In this document: positions 10,682 through 20,088 of the stretch, in pieces
Numbering within the stretch: the first letter of the stretch is position 1
How the letters are laid out: every line of letters begins with the position of its first letter
Source: an uncultured Eubacteriales bacterium
GTDB lineage: Bacteria; Acidobacteriota; Aminicenantia; Aminicenantales; Saccharicenantaceae
Assembly: GCA_964422165.1 (NCBI GenBank)
Contig: CAYQZX010000022.1
Location: 65,002 to 129,001 of the forward strand
DNA length: 64,000 bases
Direction: 5' to 3'
Notes under the pieces: generated by a model
Database searches by the model: none
What the model was told of the DNA's origin: nothing
What the model saw: only the letters and a program-made list of their open reading frames with translations
Made by a program: the position numbers and the translations under genes

Positions 10682-10956
10682 AGATTTTTAAGCCAGACCA
10701 GGTCTGGAAGCGATTCTCGGCCAGCCCCAGTATTACGAAATTTAAAATAGTAACACCGCTTATTATAAATCAGCTCGGGTCCCCGACCCTTTCTCTGGTA
10801 AGCCTGCTTAAAAAAATTGATTTGAGCTTTAATGGAGGTAAGAAAAGAGCTTCTGGTAGAAATGGCCTTCCTCAGGTCAGCAGTCTTAAAATTCTCTTCT
10901 CTCAAAAAATTAAGAGCCCGGGTTTACTTTTAAGATTTATCCCGTCGAGGCAACCC

Positions 10957-12582
10957 TCAATTTTTTATTTCCTTATCCTCGAGTAGCCTTCTCCATTTAT
11001 CCATCAGGGCTCTGTTGAGGTCAAGCGGGGGCTTAGCTTCTTCCGGGAGAAAAGATTTATAGGGGTGGGTCTTTATATATTCTTCGAACTCGGCTCTGAT
11101 TTTTTTGAGTTCTTCCGGTCTGGTCAGCAGATCGATGGCGGTAAGAGCCATAGCTTTAGCCCCGGCGTTTAAACCTTTCCAGGCTATGGAACCGTAGACC
11201 GAGGCTACTGTCGACCAGTGGTGGCCCACTGCTCCGGGCACGTTGGATGGAAAACGGACGGTGGCCGTGGGAGCTACCAGAGTAACTTCCCCGACATCTG
11301 TAGAACCGCCACCAATAAAAGCTTCTCGCGGTTCTCTAAGCTTGCTGACTTCTTTTTTGAGTCCTTCCTCTCTCGCCTGGAGTTCTTTCTGTAGTGCCCG
11401 GGCAAATTCTTCCTCCTCCTTATCCCAGAGCGGCATACCGGTCAATTCGATGTTTTTCTGCAGAAGTTCAGCCAGAGCCCTATTGCCGTGAAATTGATGG
11501 GTAGCACTCAGGACTTTGAACTCAGAGAGCTCGGTGCCAGTGGCTAGGGCAGCCGCCTTAGCGCAGTTAGTTACTCTTTCAAACATCTGTTCTAAATGCT
11601 CGTCGGTGTTCCTGATGTAATACCAGACTGAGGCTCTGTCCGGAACGACATTGGGGGCTTCTCCTCCCTCCATGATGATGTAATGCAGACGGTGGGCGGG
11701 ATTTAAGTGTTCCCGGAGGTAGTTGGTGGCCACATTCATAAGCTCCACCGCATCCAGGGCGCTTCGGCCGGCCCAGGGAGCACCGGCGCTGTGAGCAGTT
11801 TTGCCCTTAAAGGTGAAGACCACCGAAATAACAGCGTTGCCGGAAACTCCGTAAGAGGTACCGAAGTCGCTGGAGCTGTGGTTGTCGAGGACAGCCTCCA
11901 CGTCCTTAAATAGGCCGGCTCTGACCATATAAGGACGGCTGGCCAGGATTTCTTCTGCCGGTGAACCAAAAACTTTGATTGTCCCTTTTATCCCGAACCT
12001 TTCCATGGCCTTTTTGGTGGCAATAGCGGCGGCTACGGCGGCTGTGCCCATGGTGTTATGACCGCAACCATGTCCGGGAGCTCCTTCTATCAGCGGGTCT
12101 TTTTTGGGAATTCTCCCTTTCTGGGAAAGCCCGGGCAGGGCGTCAAATTCTCCCAGAAAACCGATAACCGGCCGGCCTTCTCCGTAAGTAGCCACAAAGC
12201 AGGTCGGAAGGCCGGCCAGACCTCTTTCCACCCGAAATCCTTCCTTTTCCAGGGTCTCGGCTAGGAGGGCTGAAGATTTATACTCCTGAAGTCCGAGCTC
12301 AGCGAAGCTCCAGATGCGGTCTGAAATCTTTCCAAAATACTCAATCTGTTCTGGCTGATTGAGCCATTCCAGGACATATTTTTTTCCCCGGCTGATATTT
12401 AGGGATTGCTTTTTGCTTTCAGCCTGAATCTTTTGAGCAGCCGACAGGTAATCCCCGGCAGTCAACAAAATTAGCAGTATCAGAAAAAAATTAATCAGTA
12501 AGAATCTATGTCCAGGTCTCCTGAAGCGAGGTTTAAAAATTTCCGGGATTTTCTTCTCTTCCAGAATTTTGATCAGGTTCAT
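10957..12582 (-). CDS. M20 family metallopeptidase/amidohydrolase (AbgB/aminoacylase-like), with an N-terminal membrane anchor or signal
   Basis: GHGCGHN metal-binding motif, M20 dimerisation-domain-like middle region and an N-terminal hydrophobic helix. Its 3' end overlaps the next gene by 4 bp. Confidence 0.75.
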   Translation of the reverse strand: MNLIKILEEKKIPEIFKPRFRRPGHRFLLINFFLILLILLTAGDYLSAAQKIQAESKKQSLNISRGKKYVLEWLNQPEQIEYFGKISDRIWSFAELGLQEYKSSALLAETLEKEGFRVERGLAGLPTCFVATYGEGRPVIGFLGEFDALPGLSQKGRIPKKDPLIEGAPGHGCGHNTMGTAAVAAAIATKKAMERFGIKGTIKVFGSPAEEILASRPYMVRAGLFKDVEAVLDNHSSSDFGTSYGVSGNAVISVVFTFKGKTAHSAGAPWAGRSALDAVELMNVATNYLREHLNPAHRLHYIIMEGGEAPNVVPDRASVWYYIRNTDEHLEQMFERVTNCAKAAALATGTELSEFKVLSATHQFHGNRALAELLQKNIELTGMPLWDKEEEEFARALQKELQAREEGLKKEVSKLREPREAFIGGGSTDVGEVTLVAPTATVRFPSNVPGAVGHHWSTVASVYGSIAWKGLNAGAKAMALTAIDLLTRPEELKKIRAEFEEYIKTHPYKSFLPEEAKPPLDLNRALMDKWRRLLEDKEIKN

Positions 12583-13937
12583 GGTTTTTTCTCCTTTTCC
12601 CGTCTCTTGAATTTTTCGAGCAGTTCAGTATAGCGGTTGCTCAGGTCAACCTCTTTCCCTTCAATGAAGACTTTTTCTATCCTGGTGCCCAGCTCCAGCA
12701 GGTCGCCATCGGCAAGGACAAGGTTAGCCAGTTTGCCCTTCTCCAGGCTTCCCAGATCTTTATCCACCCCGAAAATTTCAGCCGGGTAAATGGTTACTGC
12801 CTTAAGGGCTTCTTTTCGGTCAAGGCCAAAGGCAGCGGCTTTAGCTGCATGGTAGGGGAGATCCTTGGCAGCGCTTGAGCTTGAAGAGGAAAAAGCTATC
12901 TTTATCCCGGCTCTGTTAAGGATACCGGGGTTAAGGAAAAGCGCATCATAGCCATCTTCCCAGAGTGGCGGCAGTTCATAAAGAGAACCAATGAGGCAGG
13001 GGATGCCGGATTTTTTTATTTCTTCAGCCACCTTAAATCCCTGATGAACACCATAGAAAATAGCTTTTATTTTTTCTTCCTGAACGAACTTGATAGTCTG
13101 GATGATGTCCTTATCGGCCTGGACAGAGAAGATAACCGGTAGTTCACCTTTAACTACTGGTAATAAAAAATGAGAAGCTTCGTCGAAATCAGGTCTGGGC
13201 AGAAGCAGGTTTTTCTCTGCTTCAGCTCTTCTTTTTTCATACATCCGGGCTTTATGGAAGAGTTCTTTGAGTTCAGCCAGAGCCCGCTCGGTCGAGACTG
13301 CTCCTGGCTGTCCCATCCCCATAAATCCCCGGCGTCCACCTCTTATTCCAGGGAGCTCCACGACCATAGCCAGGCTTTCTTTTATGGCCATCTGCCGGTT
13401 GGTCCAGCCATGGAGCTTGATTAAGGTGCTCTGGCCGGAGATAAGTCCACCAGAAGGAGCCACTACCGCCGCTAAGATGCCGTTAGCCCTGGCAATCGGA
13501 ATGTGCATTGAATCATATTTTAAGGCTTCAATAGCCTTAACCTGGGGATTTATCCGGCCTGTTTCTCTGTTGTCCACTGTGGCTGCTACCCCACTTATTT
13601 CGACTAGCCCCATGGAGGAGTAACTGTCTATCATTCCAGGATAGGCGGTCAGTCCTTTAGCTTCCACTATTCTGGTTCCGGGTGGAATGGAGACTGTAGT
13701 TCCAATTTCTGCAATCCGACCATTTTTTATTAATATAGTTCCCTCGGGTATTTCCTCCCCAACCACCGGGACAATTTTGACCTTGACGATGGCCAAAACT
13801 TCGCTGTCTTCGGGCCCAGCCGCTTTTACAGGGTTAATCCCTCCCATCAGCAGCCCAACCAGCAGGATTGAATACAGGATAAGTCTGGAGTGGGAGGTTT
13901 TTTGTTTTATGGCTGATTTTATTTTCTTGAGGTTCAT
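12579..13937 (-). CDS. Secreted amidohydrolase-superfamily paralogue with a degenerate metal site (GMIDSYS in place of HxH)
   Basis: Signal peptide, then GLTAYPGMIDSYS at the position where paralogue 13937..15247 has GIIDTHTH. The C-terminal TIM-barrel segments are conserved. Start overlaps (ATGA) the end of the gene at 13937. Confidence 0.65.
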   Translation of the reverse strand: MNLKKIKSAIKQKTSHSRLILYSILLVGLLMGGINPVKAAGPEDSEVLAIVKVKIVPVVGEEIPEGTILIKNGRIAEIGTTVSIPPGTRIVEAKGLTAYPGMIDSYSSMGLVEISGVAATVDNRETGRINPQVKAIEALKYDSMHIPIARANGILAAVVAPSGGLISGQSTLIKLHGWTNRQMAIKESLAMVVELPGIRGGRRGFMGMGQPGAVSTERALAELKELFHKARMYEKRRAEAEKNLLLPRPDFDEASHFLLPVVKGELPVIFSVQADKDIIQTIKFVQEEKIKAIFYGVHQGFKVAEEIKKSGIPCLIGSLYELPPLWEDGYDALFLNPGILNRAGIKIAFSSSSSSAAKDLPYHAAKAAAFGLDRKEALKAVTIYPAEIFGVDKDLGSLEKGKLANLVLADGDLLELGTRIEKVFIEGKEVDLSNRYTELLEKFKRREKEKKP

Positions 13938-15247
13938 CAGTTTCCTCCTTTCTTAATAGCTGCGGCTTCTCTTTCCTGAAGCAACTTCTCCCGATCGAAA
14001 TAAACTTCACCCTCAATAATGGTCAGGTCGCAGCGAGTGTAGGCGCTCATCGGATGTTCGCTGAAGAGAGCCAAGTCGGCCTGTTTACCAATCTCAATAC
14101 TTCCGACTATCTGGTCCACTCCTAACTGTTTGGCGGCGTTTATGGTTATCATTTTCAGGGCTTCATCAGGAGTAACTCCGTATTTAACCGCCTTTCCGGC
14201 CTCGTTGAACAGCCGTCGAATTCTTTCGCTGCTATCGGAGTTAATAGAAACCAGAATACCTCTTTGAGCACAGTAGGCGGCGTTGTAGGCAATGCCTTCG
14301 GCCGCTTCCATTTTGTAGGCCCAGCTGTCGATGAAGACCGAAACCCCGACTCCAGCTTCCAGAAGTTCATCAGTAATTTTGTAAGCTTCCCAGGCGTGTT
14401 CAAAAGCCCCTATTTTGAAACCGAACTCCCTGGCCAGGTTCAAAAACTCCACCATCTCAGTAGCTACGTAGGCGTGACAGCGGGCAATCAGCCGGCCGCG
14501 GAGCAGTTCAGCCAGGGTTTCTAACCTCAGGTCTTTTCTCGGTGGAATCAGATTAGCCGGGGGATTTTTGGATTTTTTCAGTTTTTCATAGCGGTCCCAT
14601 TCTGCCATATAATCTCTGGCTTTAAGCAGCTCCCGGCGAATGATGGCATTTGCCCCCATTCTGGTAGCTGGATAACGCTGGGGCCGGCCAGGCAGAAGAG
14701 TTCGATTGGACTGTTTAACATTTTCCCCCAGGGCAAATTTCAGAGTAGGAAAAGCCTCTTTTACAATTAGCTCCTCGGATGGTTTCCCCCATTTAAGTTT
14801 CAGGACTACGTTGACTCCCCCGATGGGGTTGGCGCTCCCGTGCATGGTATGGACCATGGTCACTCCACCGGTTAGAGCGGTGAAAATTGAGGAGTCATCG
14901 GCGTTGATAACATCAGCCATTCTAACTTCGGGGGTGATGGCTTCAGTCCCTTCATTCGTTCCGGAAAGAGCGATATGGGTGTGAGTGTCAATAATCCCGG
15001 GAATAAGATACCGACCGTTGGCTTCAATCACTCTGGTGCCGGGTGGAGCTGTCAGGTTCTGGCCTATCTGTTTAATCATACCGTTGACAATTAAAACATC
15101 ACCTTTTGGTATCACTCCTGAAGTTACAGTCATCACAGTGGCGTTTTTTATCAGCAGGTTGCCTCCGGCCAGCAAGCTGGAAGCCGAAAAACCCAGAATG
15201 GTCAAAATGGTTGAAAGAACTACTATCTTTTTTAACGAGGTTCTCAT
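13937..15247 (-). CDS. Secreted amidohydrolase (metal-dependent hydrolase, intact HxH motif)
   Basis: Signal peptide, PGIIDTHTHIALSG (canonical first metal-binding HxH), and later His/Asp residues in TIM-barrel positions. Confidence 0.7.
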   Translation of the reverse strand: MRTSLKKIVVLSTILTILGFSASSLLAGGNLLIKNATVMTVTSGVIPKGDVLIVNGMIKQIGQNLTAPPGTRVIEANGRYLIPGIIDTHTHIALSGTNEGTEAITPEVRMADVINADDSSIFTALTGGVTMVHTMHGSANPIGGVNVVLKLKWGKPSEELIVKEAFPTLKFALGENVKQSNRTLLPGRPQRYPATRMGANAIIRRELLKARDYMAEWDRYEKLKKSKNPPANLIPPRKDLRLETLAELLRGRLIARCHAYVATEMVEFLNLAREFGFKIGAFEHAWEAYKITDELLEAGVGVSVFIDSWAYKMEAAEGIAYNAAYCAQRGILVSINSDSSERIRRLFNEAGKAVKYGVTPDEALKMITINAAKQLGVDQIVGSIEIGKQADLALFSEHPMSAYTRCDLTIIEGEVYFDREKLLQEREAAAIKKGGN

Positions 15248-16581
15248 TGACCTTTCTCCTCATAATTAAAAACAATACCATCAACCAAGACTCTGACCAC
15301 TTTGGCCTTTTCGTCGAATAACTCGCCGCGGGTCAGGATAAGGTTGGCGATTTTGCCTGGCTCCAGGGTTCCGAGCTGTTTCTCAAGACCAAGCCAGCGG
15401 GCCGGTTCTATGGTTAAGGCCCTCAGGGCAGCTTCCTGAGAAAGTCCAGCTTTAATCGCCATCCTGAGATTTTTCAAGAAGCTGGAGTCAGACAGCCCGA
15501 AGCTGGTCAGAGCAAAAGCAATTTTTTCCCGGTGCAGGATGGCGGCATTGGCTGGATAAATTTCAGCCTCTGCTCTTTTCCTGGCTGCATCACCCTGTTG
15601 TGCATAGAGGCTGGTGCTGGGTGGCCGGAAATCCAGGTTGAGGAGCAGGGGAACCCTGGAATTTTTTAGCAGCTCTAGAACCCTCCAGGCTTCATTACAT
15701 CCGGTGAGCAGTCCGTTCAGTCGGAATTCAGCAATCAGACGCAGAGCTCTTTTGATGTCTTCCTGATTGTTACACTGAAAAACTACTGGTTTCTTCTCGA
15801 CCACGAACGGAATGAGGGCTTCTAAAAACGGGTCAAATTCTGGCCGTTTCAGGTTCAGGGGATTAGAATTATACCTTTTCCAGTGGTCAGAATAATGAAG
15901 GGTGTCGTAAAATTTCTGCCTCAAAAAAGCTACTGTGCCCATCAGGCTTGAAGGATAAAGACCTCGTTCAGTAGTGAAATTGATATGTAAAGCCCAGGGC
16001 TGCTTTAAGACCATAGTCTGAAGCTGGTCGCCGTTAAGGTTTAGAACCACACTTTGTCCTTGAAAAATTCCCCGGTTGGGAGCCACCACCACAGTGGTAA
16101 TTCCAACCTTATGATAGGATTCTATGGTCTGCTTTTTTGGTTTAAGCTGTTTTAAAACCAGAAGTTCCGGAAATTGCTGAGGTTCGGCCGGCTGAGTCAG
16201 GGCCTGGAAAAAATCTTCCGGTTGCCGGGGCTCCGACGGCTCCGGTGCTTCCAGAAACAGGTTGGTATGAGCCGAGATCAAACCCGGATAGGCCGTCAGA
16301 CCCGAGGCCTCGATGACTTCAGCGTCGGGAGGAATTTTGATTTTATCAGCCGGGCCTACAGCCTCAATCAGCCCATCCCGAACCAGGATTGTACCTTTGT
16401 CCAAAATCGGGCCGGCAACCGGGATTATCCGGCAGTTAACCAGAGCGTAGGCTGGTTTGACTTCAGCATTGGCTGACTGAGCAACCCAGCTTAAAAAGGT
16501 CATCGCGGAGACGACCAGAATGAATATGACCAGTGCTCCCCGATTTCTCCGGGGCTTGGTTTTTTCAGATTGCATCTTCAT
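15244..16581 (-). CDS. Secreted amidohydrolase-superfamily paralogue with a degenerate metal site (ISAHTN in place of HxH)
   Basis: Signal peptide and GLTAYPGLISAHTN. It is most similar to 12579..13937. It is the first gene of the three-gene overlapping set. Confidence 0.65.
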   Translation of the reverse strand: MKMQSEKTKPRRNRGALVIFILVVSAMTFLSWVAQSANAEVKPAYALVNCRIIPVAGPILDKGTILVRDGLIEAVGPADKIKIPPDAEVIEASGLTAYPGLISAHTNLFLEAPEPSEPRQPEDFFQALTQPAEPQQFPELLVLKQLKPKKQTIESYHKVGITTVVVAPNRGIFQGQSVVLNLNGDQLQTMVLKQPWALHINFTTERGLYPSSLMGTVAFLRQKFYDTLHYSDHWKRYNSNPLNLKRPEFDPFLEALIPFVVEKKPVVFQCNNQEDIKRALRLIAEFRLNGLLTGCNEAWRVLELLKNSRVPLLLNLDFRPPSTSLYAQQGDAARKRAEAEIYPANAAILHREKIAFALTSFGLSDSSFLKNLRMAIKAGLSQEAALRALTIEPARWLGLEKQLGTLEPGKIANLILTRGELFDEKAKVVRVLVDGIVFNYEEKGQ

Positions 16582-17153
16582 GAACCTCCTTCTTGAAAAA
16601 GAATTTTCTCGGCCAGCTCTTAAAACCAGCGTTTAGAAGCAGAGAAGAGAGAATTCTTAAAGAGTAAATCTGAACGTTTTGGCAATACTGGTAAAGCCAC
16701 TGGTGGGAAATCGGACAGGTGACTTTAGCTCCCGTAAAAAAAAAATTGATAGAAGACTGGTTTTGTGGCCTTCTACTCCTGAGCTTCGAAATTAACGCCG
16801 GTTTCTGCATAAAATTCTTTAGAAAAAATATCTTATTTCTTGTCGCTTATTTGTCAATAAAAAAAATTCTTTCTGGTTGAGACAAAGACCAGGTTTTTAG
16901 GCCAGAAGGCTGAGCCTGAAAGAGGAAAGAGTTAAGGAAGCCTGGTTTTTGTGCCGGGAAGCAAGAAAAAAATTATTGAAAGATGAAGGGGAATAATAGG
17001 GAAACGGTAAAAAAAAATAAAGGAATCAAATTTGATTTTAGTGGTAAGATTATTTCGGTATGGCCAGTCTCTACTTGTCTTAACTTTACAAATAGAATAA
17101 AATTCAGGACAGTACCATAAAGTAGATAAACTTTCTGGTTAGAGGAGAACAGT

Positions 17154-17615
17154 ATGAAAAAAAAGATGGTTGTTCTCTTATTAATTTCTTTAGGCCTGCT
17201 TTTCATCAATCTGCCAGCTCAGGCCCAGCAGAACAAGTTTGGTCTCGGGATAATCCTGGGAGAACCAACCGGACTGATAGCCAAGTACTGGACCAGCCGA
17301 ACTACGGCCTTTGATGTGGCCGGGTCCTGGTCGTTTGAAGGGAAAAATTCCTTCCACCTCCATGCCGATTATCTTTTTCACAGTTTCAATCTGATAAAAG
17401 TGGACAGTGGTAAGCTGCCTTTCTACTATGGCTTCGGATTCAGGGTAAGCCTGAAAGATGATACTCGACTTGGTATCAGAATACCGGTCGGCTTGAGCTA
17501 TATGTTTGAAAAAACCCCGATTGACATCTTCATGGAGATCGGGCCGGTTATGGATATAATCCCGGCTACTGTATTTCGAGTTTCTGCTTTTATAGGGTTT
17601 AGGTATTATTTTTGA
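17154..17615 (+). CDS. Small outer-membrane beta-barrel protein
   Basis: Signal peptide ending AQA-QQ, alternating hydrophobic beta-strand pattern, and a C-terminal ...GFRYYF aromatic terminus typical of OMPs. Confidence 0.55.
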   Translation: MKKKMVVLLLISLGLLFINLPAQAQQNKFGLGIILGEPTGLIAKYWTSRTTAFDVAGSWSFEGKNSFHLHADYLFHSFNLIKVDSGKLPFYYGFGFRVSLKDDTRLGIRIPVGLSYMFEKTPIDIFMEIGPVMDIIPATVFRVSAFIGFRYYF

Positions 17616-17832
17616 TTGCCGGAATCTGAAAGCGACTGCCAGAGAAACAGTTTAATGATATAGTCGGTGGCGGGAATTAAATTGCAGTTGAGCCGGGCTA
17701 TATAAGATTCAAGGCTGCAGAGAGTCCCGGATAAAAGGTAAGTTATTAGTTTTTTTAATCTGACCTGATTATCTGGTTGATTTAAGTTCATAAATGGATA
17801 AAATCAGAAAAAAACTTTAATGGAGTTCTGGA

Positions 17833-19863
17833 ATGCTTTCCACAATTGAAAGAATTATCCTGGCCCTGGTGGTGGGGCTAACTTTCTTCCTGTTCTTTAT
17901 TCCGGTATTCCGGAGAATCTGGATTTTAACCCGTCTTAAAGCTGAAAACCGGTTCGATTCTCTTTTTCGCCGCTTTTTTTACACGCTGTCGCGGGTTTTT
18001 TTCCAGCTCTGCACCTTAAAAAACGAAAGGCCCTGGACCGGTTTAGCTCATGCCCTGATTTTCTATGGAGCCCTGACTTTTGACACCATGACCGTTAATC
18101 ATTTGATAGAGGGTTATGTTGATGGTTTCTACCTTTTTGGTTCGACCTGGTTCGGGAAGCTTTTTTCTGCTTCAGTGGAAGTCTTTTCCCTGATGGTACT
18201 GGCCGGATTGCTCTTTTTTATTTTCAAAAGGTTTGTTCTCAAACCAACCGCTTACAACACCGGCTCCAGAGATTCTGCCTTGATTTATCTTTTTATCTTT
18301 CTGGCTGTGTCTACCTATCTTTTGTTCAAAATGATGGTAGTGGTTCAGCATCCAACTGAAGGCAACTGGAGCTTTCTCAGCCAGTTTTTAGCCAGGCTCC
18401 TGAAGCTTTCAGATTTTTCCGGCGAAGCTCTGGAGTTTTACCTGAAGTTTGCCTACTGGCTTCACACCCTGGTGGTTTTAGCCTTTATCTCTTATGTGCC
18501 TCATTCAAAGTATTTTCATCTTTTCGCCGGGCCGGTTAATCTTTTTTTCCGAAAACACCGTCCCACTGCTGAAATGCCAGTCCTGGACCTGGAAGCAGCC
18601 GAAAATTTCGGAGTTGAGAGGGTGAACGATTTTACCTGGAAAGACGGACTGGATGCCCTGGCCTGTGTGGAGTGCGGTCGCTGTCAGGATGTCTGCCCGG
18701 CTTTTTTGAGCGGGAAAGCCCTCTCACCCAAGATGGTCATAGTTAATCTGGAAAAACATCTTCTGGCTTCATATCCGAAGTTAAAAGCAGGGAAAGCACA
18801 AGAGCTTCCGACTCTTGTCCCTCAGGTTTTCAAGGAAGAGGAAATCTGGACCTGTACTACCTGCGGAGCCTGCCTTCACGTCTGTCCTTTTGACATTGAA
18901 CATCCACCAAAGCTCCTCAGTCTGAGACAGAATCTGGTCCTGGCTAAGGGTCATTTTCCCGTCGAACTTAAAAGTTTCTTCCAGAAGCTGGAAACTTTCG
19001 GAAATCCATGGGGATTTCCCCCTTCTAAGAGAGCAGAACTGGCCTCTGAGCTTGGGGTTCCGACCTTAAGCCAGTTTCCGCAAGCTGACTACCTTCTCTG
19101 GCTGGGCTGTTTTGGTTCCTTTGATGAGCATGGCCAGAAAACAACCAGAGCCATGGTGAAGATTCTTAAGGAAGCCGGGTTAAAATTCGCCATCCTAGGA
19201 GAAGAAGAGCACTGCTGTGGCGATTCCGCCCGTAGGCTGGGCAATGAATACCTGTTTCAATGCCTGGCTCTCAAAAACCTGAAAACTCTGGCCAGAAAAA
19301 GAATTTCCAGGCTGATTACTTTCTGCCCCCACGGCTACAATACTTTCAAGAATGAATATCCTGCCTTACTGGAGATACTGCCAGATTTTAGTTGCGAGGA
19401 AAAAGAGAATCTCAGAGCCATAAAAGTCATTTCTCATGTGGAACTGCTGGCAGAATTGATAAGGAAGAAGAGGGTAAGGCTTAAAGTCGTAGGTGAAGGG
19501 GAAACCTATACTTTTCATGATTCCTGTTATTACGGACGTCATAACGGGCTTTTCAGCCAGCCCAGAGAAATTCTGGCGACAGCTCTGGGAGGTCGGATTA
19601 AAGAACTCGGCCGTTCGAGAGAGCACAATTTTTGCTGTGGAGCTGGTGGCGGTTTGATGTGGACCGAAGAGAAAGCGGGAAAGCGAATCAATCACCTGCG
19701 GAGCGAGGAGATAATAAGAAACGGCAGCCAGCTGGTTGCCACCTCCTGTCCCTTCTGCCTGACCATGCTTCAAGACGGGTTGCGAGATAAAGGAGCTGAA
19801 AATATCAGGGTGCTGGATGTAGCTCAGGTTATGGCTCAGGCGATAGACCGTGATGAAAATTAA
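17833..19863 (+). CDS. Membrane-anchored iron-sulfur oxidoreductase: N-terminal 5-TM His-containing (NarI/HdrE/DsrM-like) domain fused to an HdrD/DsrK/GlpC-like module (2x[4Fe-4S] plus 2 CCG domains)
   Basis: TM helices in residues 1-230 with conserved His. CVECGRCQDVCP and CTTCGACLHVCP ferredoxin motifs. CCGDSARR and CCGAGGG plus CPFC cysteine-rich CCG repeats. Confidence 0.7.
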   Translation: MLSTIERIILALVVGLTFFLFFIPVFRRIWILTRLKAENRFDSLFRRFFYTLSRVFFQLCTLKNERPWTGLAHALIFYGALTFDTMTVNHLIEGYVDGFYLFGSTWFGKLFSASVEVFSLMVLAGLLFFIFKRFVLKPTAYNTGSRDSALIYLFIFLAVSTYLLFKMMVVVQHPTEGNWSFLSQFLARLLKLSDFSGEALEFYLKFAYWLHTLVVLAFISYVPHSKYFHLFAGPVNLFFRKHRPTAEMPVLDLEAAENFGVERVNDFTWKDGLDALACVECGRCQDVCPAFLSGKALSPKMVIVNLEKHLLASYPKLKAGKAQELPTLVPQVFKEEEIWTCTTCGACLHVCPFDIEHPPKLLSLRQNLVLAKGHFPVELKSFFQKLETFGNPWGFPPSKRAELASELGVPTLSQFPQADYLLWLGCFGSFDEHGQKTTRAMVKILKEAGLKFAILGEEEHCCGDSARRLGNEYLFQCLALKNLKTLARKRISRLITFCPHGYNTFKNEYPALLEILPDFSCEEKENLRAIKVISHVELLAELIRKKRVRLKVVGEGETYTFHDSCYYGRHNGLFSQPREILATALGGRIKELGRSREHNFCCGAGGGLMWTEEKAGKRINHLRSEEIIRNGSQLVATSCPFCLTMLQDGLRDKGAENIRVLDVAQVMAQAIDRDEN

Positions 19864-19934
19864 GGGCCGGTCGGAGGGCAAAGCCAGGCCTCCTTGCCTT
19901 AGGATAGAAAATCAGCTATAAATATAAAATCAGT

Positions 19935-20008
19935 GCGCCTGTAGCTCAGTTGGATAGAGCGACGGACTCCGGATCCGTAGGTCGCGCGTTCGAATCGCGC
20001 CAGGCGTA
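19935..20008 (+). tRNA. tRNA-Arg (anticodon CCG)
   Basis: Cloverleaf folded by hand: acceptor GCGCCUG/CAGGCGU, D-arm GCUC-AGUUGGAUA-GAGC, anticodon stem ACGGA/UCCGU with loop CUCCGGA, T-arm GCGCG-UUCGAAU-CGCGC, discriminator A, followed by a T-run. Confidence 0.85.
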
Positions 20009-20088
20009 CTTTTTTTATGGGGTTTATATCCGGTCTTAGGCTGAAATTTTTTGACATAAAAGCTGGTTTTAAGTAGCCTTTAAGTGAA

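Noticed and set aside
10678-10905. 75-aa ORF in the convergent intergenic region between the prolyl oligopeptidase and the M20 peptidase
   Set aside because: It has no RBS and sits where two terminators are expected. I found no recognisable motifs. A weak GGGTC-CCC-GACCC hairpin followed by TTTCTCT at about 10772-10792 is more plausibly a terminator.
16973-17209. 78-aa minus-strand ORF in the AT-rich intergenic region, overlapping the OMP gene start
   Set aside because: It is a product of AT-rich low-complexity sequence (poly-Lys/Phe/Ile), overlaps the OMP RBS and start, and has no SD.
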